A stretch of DNA of 64,000 nucleotides from Octopus sinensis (taxonomy: Eukaryota), in the NCBI RefSeq assembly GCF_006345805.1, contig NC_043005.1, positions 20,646,001 to 20,710,000 on the forward strand, read 5' to 3'. Positions 40,036 to 51,220 of the stretch are shown piece by piece. Within the stretch, counting starts at the first letter, position 1. Each line of letters opens with the position of its first letter. The position numbers were made by a program, and so were the translations under genes. The notes under the pieces were generated by a model. That model saw nothing but the letters and a program-made list of their open reading frames with translations, ran no database searches and had not been told where the DNA came from.

Positions 40036-40397
40036 TAATTGGCTGTCTAGGCATACAAATATATGAATGAGAATGCATACATAAAACAAAGCATACAAAT
40101 CTGCACCTGTACAGACTCAAAATACTGCATGCATACATGCAAAAATACCCTATTGATGTTGAAATTCTAATGAAGGAGTGTTGTGCCTAGTTTAGAAACT
40201 GGCTCTTTCTCTATTGGCAAGAAATCTTTGAAAATAACTGAATAATACATATACACACACTTATGTGTATGTTTCATATCTGTGTGCAAATTTCTTCCAT
40301 TTGTTTCACTCTATATATTTCATTGTAACATTGTCATATCCTCATTTCTTCCCAACATACATGCAGCATCTATATATGTTTCTGTTATCATTTCCAG

Positions 40398-40568
40398 TTT
40401 ACTCAAAGATTGACTGTGGATCTCCAAAAGATGTTGCTGGTGCATTCAAGTTGTACAATAGCACCAGCTATCTATCTGAAGTGATCTATACTTGCTCAAA
40501 TGGGGAACAACTAAAGTCAGAATGTGAAAAGGACAGTAAATGGACTCCTGTAGCATCTGTTTGTAATG
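40398..40568 (+). CDS. Exon S3, Sushi/CCP (171 nt)
   Basis: tttccAG|TT TAC...TGT AAT G|GTaatg; YSKIDCGSPKDVAGAFKLYNSTSYLSEVIYTCSNGEQLKSECEKDSKWTPVASVCNG. Confidence 0.88.
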
Positions 40569-41289
40569 GTAATGTAAATAGTTTCTCTCTTGTCACTGTC
40601 TGTGTAATTTAGTGTAATTTTGTGTGTTAAATGGATTTGTCAGAGAAAGTCTGGTTGATTCCATGACAATTTCCACTGTATTTGTGGCATGTGGGAGGAA
40701 GAGAGGAATCTGGTAGTGTCAGCCCACAAGTCCTCCCCAAATGCTTACAACAGGGTGGACATGAGTAAATGTACCCAAGGGCCAGGTATTAAATTAGGTG
40801 ATGGATTAAAGTCTGCTAACTAAACAGTAGAAATGTGGAAGCTTGTTCCCTAGAGTGAGCTTCCACACAGTTTTCTTTTACCAAATTTTCTTTAATTCTG
40901 AAGTAAATTTTAAACCATATGACTTCTTCCACCACTGTTTCCACCACGACTATTTCCCCTACCAGTGTTTCCCCCACTCCTGTAACCCCTTCCACTGTTT
41001 CCACCACCACCATTTCCCTCCTCCCTTCCAACCTCTCTCACATATCCACCCACCTACCTATAAATAGTATGCTCCTGTTCAATTCCTTTCTGTCCCATCC
41101 AGACACTTCTAGCTCTCTGTCTTTTCAAAATCTTGTGATTCACCCACCTACCCATCCTCTCCAATCTCTTCACTATAAACATTACCCTGTAACTTGGCTG
41201 TACAGCTTCTGCCTTCGCCATTGTCAATTTTCATCATCTTTTTTCTCTCCTTGGTACCCTTTTGTTCATAACTGACAACAAGTTGGGTT

Positions 41290-42900
41290 TTTGACCAACT
41301 TTTCGCCTTCTGCAGATTGATTTCTGGAGATGGTACATTACTGTGCCTGCTCCTGCAATTTATAAATCTATTTTAGCCACATGCTTCTTACACTCATGAA
41401 TATGGACTTGAAATACTGAAACTTATTCACTTGCCTCAATTATGTTCCACTTAAACTCAAAGTGATGTGGGAAGACTCTTGACAGGATCATTGTCTTAGT
41501 CTTTGCAACACTAATTTACATCCCTGCTTGCAGCACTTGGCAGTGAACTCATATAGAGCATGCTGGAGAGGAGATTGCCTTCTTATGAACACAATGTCAT
41601 TTACAAATATCAGCCAAACAATTCTACATCCACTGATCATAATGTCACTTTCACTATGACTGTGCATGTCAATCAAGTAAATTAAGACTTTATACAAAGA
41701 AGGGTGATAATATGCACCCCTACCATAGTTCAATATATAAGTTGAAATGTTTCGACTTAGCACCATTTACACAAACACTAGTATCTAGGCATGTATATAT
41801 AGGTTTCACAGCAATGAGAAGTTACCTATTAATCTCCAACTCCTTCAAAGAACTTCATAGCATATTCCACAGGTTATGTGCCTTGTTGAAGTCTGCAAAG
41901 CAAGTGCATACATCTAGGCAATATTCCTGAAGTTTCTTGCAGGCTGTTACTGAATGCATAACTTGTTGGTTTTGCTGCCTCTCAGATAGAAAACACACTG
42001 TGCTCAATAATCTCCCTAAATTTCTTTTCCAGACCCAAGCATGGACTCTGTTTGGAGAAGCTCAACAAGGAGATTTCTCTATTATTAGAGCACTCTCTCT
42101 TATGTCTTATTAAAAATTGGGACGACCACCTGTGATTGACATTACTTTGGTATCTTTGCAGAGGTGCAAGTCACCTGGCCTGCATAAGTCAGCCAGAAAA
42201 TACCTTCTTTATTTAAAGCTTTTAAAATTTGGGGCCAAATTTCATACTCACCAGTAGCCTTGCTACGTTTGAGTGTTTTAATCACTTCTATGACTTCAGC
42301 TTCTATGAGATTAGTCTTTACATGTAGATGCAACTTTTATCTACGTTTTGCTATGAAGTCAGTAGATCATTACAAGAATACTTTATTAGCCAATTTTAAG
42401 TCAGGGTCCAGCTTAATCTTAAAGTATTCCCATAACTTTGCTTTTAGCAGTTTTACTGTTTCTGCTGTAACTTGTTGCACCTCAGTGCACCATATATGCA
42501 AATTGAAACTTGTTTCCAAGCCACTCTTTGTAAGCCTCTTTGTATGGCATCTTTGAATTCCTGGTTAAATCAGGAAATTCTTTTACCTCTTGGTGCCACA
42601 CCAAGCTGCTTTTCTTTATAGCATTGTAGAAACTGCCAAACAAGGCATTCGCCACTCCATTTTAGCATCCTCAATTTCTTCAGGAAGGTCTCTGAATTTG
42701 GATGCAATAGTGTCTACATATTTGTTTCTCATTCCATCATCCAATAGAGCTTCCCAATTCATTTTGTTAATCACCCTGGACTCACCAGCTTTGTGAGATC
42801 TCTCCAGTGTAGTTTCAAGTTGCAGACAACTAGGTGGTGATCAGTTGACAGCTCTGCTCCCCTCTTCACATAAGTGTCCAATCACAGAATCAAAGAGATC
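41290..42900 (-). mobile_element. Degenerate RTE-clade LINE RT fragment
   Basis: EVIEVIKTLKRSKATGEYEIWPQILKALNKEGIFWLT; ..LQHALYEFTAKC. Confidence 0.7.
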
Positions 42901-43031
42901 CGAGATAGTAGCAAGATCTGTCAGTGAGCCCTGTCCTGCTCAGTATCTGCTTTTTTCTTTAGGTTATCTCCTCATTCTCTTCCTCCTAATATAGATACAG
43001 CATTGGTAAACATCTCAGTTTTCAATTACAG

Positions 43032-43202
43032 ATTTTGCACAAATAAATTGTGGAACTCCAAAAGATATTGCTAATGCATCGAAGTCCTACAAAAGTACTA
43101 CTTATAAATCTGAAGTGACCTATACTTGCCCAAAGGGAGAAAAGCTAAAGTCAACATGTGAAAAGGACAACAAATGGACTCCAGTAGCTACTGCTTGTAA
43201 AG
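43032..43202 (+). CDS. Exon S4, Sushi/CCP (171 nt; absent from the ORF track)
   Basis: caattacAG|AT TTT...TGT AAA G|GTaatg; FAQINCGTPKDIANASKSYKSTTYKSEVTYTCPKGEKLKSTCEKDNKWTPVATACKG. Confidence 0.88.
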
Positions 43203-44319
43203 GTAATGTAAGCAGCTTCTCTCCTGTTGTCTCTGTCTAGGTACTAATATTTGATTTTTGCATAAAATGTTTTTGTCAGAAGAAAACTGGTTATCTCCAT
43301 GGTGCTTGTTTCCATAGTGCTTGTGACTGGTTGGAGGGAGAGAAAGAGTTGTCTTCAGAATGAAATCCATTAATACCAGCCAAGGGCCTGGTAATGCTGT
43401 TAAATTGGGTGATTTGAATTGATTGAGTAAAGAGCGTGAATACCCAGTGTGAAAGAAATGTACTTCAAGTGTACTTGCTCTTCTCCTTCTCCTTCTCCTC
43501 ATCATTTAATGCTCATTTTCCAAGCTGGCTTGGGTTGGATTGTTTGACAGGTTTCAATGAGCCACAGGACTGCATCAGGCCCAAATATCATATTTGGCAT
43601 GGTTTTTGTTGCTGGATGCCCTTTCTTAAACCAACTGCTTTACAGTGGGTACTGGGTGCATTTTTTATGAAGCTGGCATTAGTAAGATTACCAAGTAACT
43701 TGCAAGACAAAGTAAAGAGAAAAATTGGGGAAAAAGATGGGTGTGAAAGTAAAATTTTGAATATTTTCCAGTGGTAGCACTCACACCTTGGCAGTGTTTC
43801 CAGTGGCAATTCTTCCACATGGGCAATGTTCCCAGTGGAAATCATCCCAGTGGAAATTTTCCCAGTGACAATCATGATGCATGATGGAGGTGACTACAGT
43901 GAAGACACCAATCTTCGTGGGAGTGTTGGTAGTGAATATGAGAAAATACCGAAAATGATAACAGATAGGAGAGGTGTTAACCATGATGTATGGCAGACCT
44001 AATATTTAGCTCTGGGTGGAGGAAGAGATTAATGAAAGCAGAGAAATGAGGTAATTGGTGGAAAGTAGTGTCTGGGATGATTATGAGTGTGAGGTAACTG
44101 GTAGTGCCAAAGTGAGGATGAAGTATGTGCTGATTCTGCCCTCAAATGATTTAAGCTGCTGAGTAGTGCCAAGTACACATTGAAAATAGAGTTGAGGATG
44201 ATGTTACAATCCTCTTGAATGTAAAAGTATCTTTTTCTAGGGGCCAGTTGAAGAGACCCATTGTCAAAAATGACCCTAAACTCTAAGGGCAAGTCTCCTC
44301 TCCAATTATTATTCTCAGT

Positions 44320-46080
44320 CAACTGCTACAAAGGTAAAGTTGATGCCTTAGATAGAAATAATTACAGAGGTATCAAATTGTTGGATCAGGTGATGAAAGT
44401 CATGGAGAGAGTCATGGCTCAATTAATTAGGGAGAAAGTTAGTTTAGACAAGATGTAGTTTGGGTTTTATGCCAAGGAGAAGCACCACTGATGCTGTCAG
44501 TAAGGTAAGGGTTGGCAACAAGTATAGCGAAGAATTCAGGGTAGAAGTGAGGGTTCACCAAGGGTCAGTCCTTAGGTCTCCTTTGTTCATTACAGTCTTT
44601 CAGGCAATAACAGAGGAATTCAAGACAGGCTGCCTCAGGGAGCTCCCGTATGCTGATGATCTTGCTCTAATAGCTGAGTTAATACTAGAATTAGAGAAGA
44701 AGTTTCAGGTGTGGAAGCAAGGTCTAGAATTGAAGTGCCTTAGAGTTAACCTAGTAAAAACCAAAGTCATAGTAAGTAGGAAGGCGGAAAAAATCACAAA
44801 TCTCTTCAGGTAGATGGCCCTGCTTGATCTGTAGTAAAGGTGTAGGTAGAAACTCCATAAGATGTCCCTGGTGTAAGCTATAGACACAGAAGAGGTGCAA
44901 CAATATCATAGAAAGGTTAACTGGGAAGATAGTTTTTGTGTGTGACAAATGGACAGGTGCAATAAATACCGAAAATGTATAGAAAACAGATTCCATCACA
45001 TCCCAGGGGGAAAAACTAGAAGTAGTTGATAGCTTCCATTACCTAGGTGACCAAATCAGTAGCAGGGGTAGATACTCTGAGAGCGTAGCTTCTGGAATAA
45101 GAATAGGCTAGGCAAAGTTGAGAGATCTCCTCTGCTGGTATCAAAGGGCCTCACATTCAGAGTGAAAGGTAGACTGTATGATGCCTCTGTCTGAACAGCC
45201 ATGCTACACAGCAGTGAAACATGGTCTGTGACTGCTGAGGACATGCAAAAGATTTGAAAGAAATGAAGCTGGTATGCTCCGCTGGATGTGTAATATCAGT
45301 GTGCATACACGACAGAGTGAAAGCATCATGAGAAAAGAGTTGGACATAAAAAGCATCAGATGTAGTGTGCAAGAGAGACGACTGCACTGGTATGGTCATG
45401 TGATGCATATGGATGAAAACAGCTGTGTCAAGAAGTGTCACACCCTGATAGTGGAAGGGGAACCTGTAGAAGAAGTAGACACAGGACGACATGGATGATG
45501 TGGTGAAGCATGACCTTTGAACGTTGGGCCTCACAGAGGCAATGACAAGCGACTGAGACCTTTGGAGACATGCCATGCTTGAGAAGACCAGGCAAGCCAA
45601 GTGAGATCAGCTGATGCCAGTGTCACATAACTGGCCCGTTTAAAAGCACCCTTCAATTGTCAGGTGATATGCTGTGCTTTGAAGACCTGTTGGAATGAGT
45701 GAAATCATAGTTATGGCCAATGCCTATGCCACCTGATTGGCACCCATGTCGGCAGCATGGAAAAAAGCACCATTTGAGCATGACTGATGCCAGTGCCACC
45801 TGACTGGCACCCATGCTGGTGGTATGGAAAAAACACCATTTGAGCATGGCCGATGCCAGTGCCACCTTTCGAGTGTGGTCAATGCCAATGCTGCCTTGCT
45901 GGCTTGTAAAATGCACCCACTACACTCTTGGAGTGGTTAGAGTTAGGAAGGGCATCCAGCCGTAGATACCTTACCAAATCAGTTTGGAACATGGTGCAGC
46001 CTCCTGGCTTACCAGTTCACAGTCAAACGGTCCAACCCATGCCAGCATGGAAAGCAGACGTTAAATGATGATGATGAGCT
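44320..46080 (+). mobile_element. RTE LINE, 5'-truncated, degenerate
   Basis: NYRGIKLLDQVMKVMER, VHQGSVL, YADDLALI, RRLHWYGHV; tail ccatgccagcatggaaagcagacgttaaa(tga)n. Confidence 0.85.
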
Positions 46081-48239
46081 ACATGTTTATGCACAGTGGT
46101 TTCCATCCACTCTAGCTGTTCTTCCCACTTTCACTTTACTTTGAATACTTTCTCTCATTCTTATCTTCTTTACAAGTGCAAATTAGATGAGCAATTTGCA
46201 AAAGGATAACTCACTGTTGTCTGACCTTTCAGCACCATTCACCTCACAACTTCAACTATTGTTTCAGATCAAGTGTAACTGTCTTCTCTGCCCAGTTGTT
46301 TCACATAATTCTACAAGTCAGCAATGCCTGGACAGTGACTGGGTGCATACAAAATTTCATTTTACTGTAAACATCTCAGACAGGATTGCTGAGTAGTAGT
46401 TTCATGATTAGATTTTTATCTTGAATTGGTAGAACCCTTGGGTAGCTTTGCAAAGCCAAGAACTTTAGGGGTTGTCCATGGTATTCCCTGACCAAAAGCT
46501 TTCCAAAACAAATTTGCCAGTTAGTTTTCACTGATGCTCAGTGCAAACCTTTAGATTACCAGTGCTCTAGCCATCCACTAACCCTCAATAGATTGCTAGA
46601 GCAGGATATCCACCAATTCCATAAATCACGTCAAATTTCATCCTGTGTATTTCATATTTTGTAATCCTTAGGGTTACATTGAATAATATGGCCATACCCA
46701 TTTTTTTAAGATAGTGGTGTGTGATTGAGGGAGATTGTGTTAATATTTCTAGCATGTTGGGTGCCAACATAAAGGCTTGTACATTGAGTGGCCTACAGTA
46801 AATATTGAACTTTAATATTGCAAGCTATCAAATCTGATATAGCTTATCCGCTGATAAAATTTATTGCCTGGTTCAACACCACCACCTGGGGTTTCAGTTG
46901 GTCATGGTAAGGGTGGTGAACAATATTTGGTCCAATGTTCATATATTTATTACAATATTAATTGTTCAGACTGAACCACAAATTTACTCAGGCTTAGTAT
47001 TTTGCATTCAGATTGCTGTCAGATGTAATGTTTATTTATTCACATTTCAAAAAAATTAATCCTGCATTATCTTGTAGTTTGAAGATTTCAATAATGTGAT
47101 TGTTTTTTCCTAGAATGACATTGTAGGTTAGGTATAAAAGGCTGGTTTAATCATAAAGCGGGTAGAATATTTGGGCTAGATATGGCTGGTTTAAATGCTA
47201 AAGGGTTAACCACACATGTGTAGGAGGGAGGGTTACCTCAGAATTTCATGTCATGGTTGTTTCTGTTTTGACTAGATTATTAAAAAGAAAAATTAACCTC
47301 ATTGAATCAATTATGTATTCATTCTTGAGGGACATGACCAAACATAATTAGAACAATCAATGAGATTGTGTAATGTTTTTATAACCGTCAATGTAAAGTG
47401 TACTGATGAGACTGAGAATAAAACCTAGACCATTAAACCACACCACTTAATTCATATTTATGTTAAAAGAACAAGTGGGGAAAAATACTCAGGGTCACTT
47501 TCTGTATGGAAAACAAATCTTAAAGTGGCTAATTATTGAACAAAGTTATGATTAAGATTTCACCCTCAGTTCATGATACAATCAATATATTGACTTATCT
47601 TGGTGAAGAAATTCAGAAGAGACAACCTCTCATAGATAATCATAGTCTTTTCATCACACTGAAAAAAACTACATTAAAGTGAGATTGTACATGTTTACTA
47701 CATATTTATACTAATTCATAAGAGATGATGAAAGTGAAATTATTTTTGTTTTCCAGGCCCAAAACAGTAAAATCATGTAATTTGTTGTTTTGCCATATTT
47801 AGTTACATCCTTTATATTCTGGGTTTAATCTTAAGAGGATGTATTTTGCTTTTTACATTTCTGATGTTGAAAAATCAAGCTCTAGTTAAGAAATGAGGTT
47901 ACATTATATTCATATATCCTCACTGCAGAACTTGTGGTAATATGCTTACATGAAGAACTGTTACCATCAATATTATTACCATTAACAATAATCATAATTA
48001 CTGTTGTTGGTTAGGGTGACATATTCATAGAATCATTTTCGCATCAGACAAAATGTGTTGTGATATTTTTCTAACTTTTTAAGTTGTTAATTTTGCCCAT
48101 CCAGTTTAATTCTGTTGGTCCTTCCAGGGCCTAATTAATTAATTAGCTCTGACCTCAAAGATTTGGCCTTCTTTTTATGTAAAAAAATTAATAGTACTGT
48201 TGTTATTTTTCATTCTTCTTAATTTTATTTTGACTCTAG

Positions 48240-48476
48240 ATTCTCAGATCCATTTTGTGAAAGTAAAAAATGCAGCTCTGGATGTAACACAAAAAACATT
48301 ATGGAGTAAGAAAAAAATGACAACAGATGCATGTGCTGAAAAATGTTTTTCTGACAAAACTTGTTTATCATTTGAAATAACTAAAGGAAGTGGACTCTGC
48401 TACTTATTAAAAAAAAATGCAACATCCTCCAAAATAAAAACAGACCAAAGCAGAGATTACTACCAACGAGTAAAAT
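48240..48476 (+). CDS. Exon A4, PAN type A (237 nt, one-codon deletion)
   Basis: actctAG|AT TCT CAG...GTA AAA T|GTaatt; SQIHFVKVKNAALDVTQKTLWSKKKMTTDACAEKCFSDKTCLSFEITKGSGLCYLLK...YYQRVK. Confidence 0.9.
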
Positions 48477-49079
48477 GTAATTATTCTTTGTATTTTATTA
48501 TTGGAATTCACTTTTCTATTTTTTTCTGATATTTTAGTTTCCATTTGTATTTCATTGTATATAGACAGCAATCTCTTTAAAGACATTGATAGGTTTACCA
48601 ATAAGGACAGATATGAAAACCTTCCTGGGAAAAAAAAATTTAAAGCTGTACACGGAAGTGTAAATAATGTTCAGCTATTTCCATATTCCCATATGGCATT
48701 TGATCACCTTGAACATTTTCTTTTATCTTTGATTTTCTTTAACTCGTCTCACTCATTGAAAAGTGGACATGCTGGGGCAATTTGAAGAAATCAAATCCAG
48801 TACTCATTTTTAAAAAACCTGGTACTTATTTTTCTGTCTGTTTTGCAGGGAGGCATATAAACAAGCTAATACCTGTTGTTCACAGTGGAGGGGATCTCAA
48901 TCTCTCTCACATGCACACACACACATACACACACAATCACACACACTAATAGCTATAAATATATACACGTGTGTGTATATATGTGTGTGTATATATATAT
49001 ATATGCATGTGTGGATATATATGTGTATATATATATATATATATACAGATATATATATACACACACACATATATATATA

Positions 49080-50750
49080 TAAATTAGAGAAAAACCACTA
49101 TTATGTAATTCAAACAATAATAGACATAAACTATATCATAAAGAAAAAATAAAATATATTATAAAACATATAACTAGATCACAAAATGTGCAAAAAATGA
49201 ATAAACAATATATAATAAGCAAAAAGACTACGTATGTTTCATGGCTATAACTTTAATTCGAATTACAATTAAATTTAAATTTAATCGAAAAACAATTCAA
49301 TTTAAAAGCATAGTCACTCCTCAGGTCAACAATAATAACAATAATATTTAAATAAATAATCAAATAGAATTAAACAATATTTCTTAAAGAAAAAAAAAGA
49401 TGATTCTTCTTACAGAGGAAATTTCGTTAACTAAATTTGAAACTTAAAATGTAGGACCCGGTGTCTATAATACATTTATCATGTAAAAAAAAGCTAAGGT
49501 AATAAAATAGAGTAAATAGATAGAAAAATGTATTTTATCTGTGAATATATATTATAGCTTTGAGAATAATATTAACAAACTATAGTATATCTTTACTAGA
49601 AAAATATAAGAGTCTAATTAATTAAAGTAAAAATACTTGAAATAAATCATATACTTAAGTTAAGCTAAATTACTATAATTTAATCTATATTTATTAATTA
49701 AATAAATTATATATTAATTTATTAATAAAATAAACATCTAATTTGATTAGAAACTAACTATGTACTAAACTCTATATGAAACATATATAGACTTATAATA
49801 TATCTTATATCAACAACATTGCAGCCACAACCCTGCAATAATATTTTGTATATATTTAAACAATATAGTCACAAATAATTTAAACTTATTATATAAGTAA
49901 ATTAATTTATGTCTAGAATTAATCTTTCACTCTTTGATAAAATAAACAAATTACTTAATATATTATTAAATTCAATAGTATATAAAGAAAAATACTTTTA
50001 CTACCTATGCTATAATATTTTATGTTATAAACTATTTCACAAAACAACTACAAATAATACTTTTAGATTTTAGTTCATATATAATAATTATAATAATAAG
50101 AATAATTAAATAAAAATACGTATGTTAAATTATTATTAACAAATATAAAGTTAGAAATAGTTACTTTTTAATCAATTATCATATAAACTTCATTATTTCT
50201 TAAATAAAATGTATACTTATTTTTTCAAAGATATTTATGAACTAAAAAATATTTAAAATTAAAAACGTATAACTTAGCATTTATATTTCTAGATCTAATA
50301 TTTCGCTCATTAAGGGAATAATGAAAGTACTTATTATTATAGTTAAACTCTATAGTACAAAAAAATAAAAAAAACTTTTCACTACCTATAATATACTATG
50401 ATATTTTACATTACAAACTATTTCACAAAGCAACTACATGTAATGCTTTTAGAGCATAGTTCACATATAATAATTATAAAAATAAGAATAATTAAATGAA
50501 TGTATGTATCTAAATTATAATTAACAAAAAATAAAAAAATTAGAGATCAGTATTTTTTAAAACCAATAAGCATATAAATTGAAAACTTATCTTTTTGAAG
50601 ATAATTAAAAGCTAAGAACGTATTACATAGCGTTCTTAAATTTACTTGTGAAAAAAGTACATATTATTATTATTAAATTCAATAGTACAAAAACATATAA
50701 ACTTTTCACTATCTATACTCTAATATTTTACGCTATGTAATACATTGTTA
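49080..50750 (-). mobile_element. Extremely AT-rich, probably PLE-derived block
   Basis: Hammerhead core near the left end; weak GCG.N remnant (GIY-YIG-like) near 49830; about 350-bp tandem unit at 49960-50740. Confidence 0.4.
49226..49327 (-). ncRNA. Hammerhead ribozyme-like motif with long stem II
   Basis: Minus strand: GAC-CUGAGGA-GUGACUAU..(long AT hairpin)..AUAGCCAU-GAAAC-AUAC-GUA^GUC; 3-bp stem I; one mismatch in stem II. Confidence 0.5.
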
Positions 50751-51175
50751 GTGAGTGCAGAGAGGAAAGTACTGTCCTTGTTTGAATTTATTAAAAGGTG
50801 GGAAAAAGTTGTGAAAATGGTGAGTGTGGATGATACTGCTCTAAGTGTAGATCTGTGAGTCGGAGGAAAAAGTTGGAGAGGACATTTGTCCTTGGTTTTC
50901 AGGGAAAATTTTGATGGTGGGTTTCCTTGATTATCGCTGGAGGTCCCCTTGCGCCAGATAAACCTATCATTATCATCTTTTTTGTTTATATATTTTCTCT
51001 TACAGTCATAAACTATGTATACTTCCCTTCTTTTAATGTATACCGTGTATACTTTCCCTTTCTTTTTATATCATTCTATTATATGTAAATCCCAACATTT
51101 TATGTTTGTCTTTGTATTGTCCTCCTCATCATTCACCCTGGTGGTAAATAAAAGAAATCGTCATCATCATCATCA

Positions 51176-51219
<44 letters not shown>

Positions 51220-51220
51220 G

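Noticed and set aside
40919-41275. Thr/Ser/Pro-rich ORF (TSSTTVSTTTISPT..) just after S3, a possible mucin-like linker exon
   Set aside because: The nearest AG (40901-40902) gives the wrong phase and an in-frame stop, there is no clear donor, and composition resembles decayed repeats at 33000-33560 and 43900-44270.
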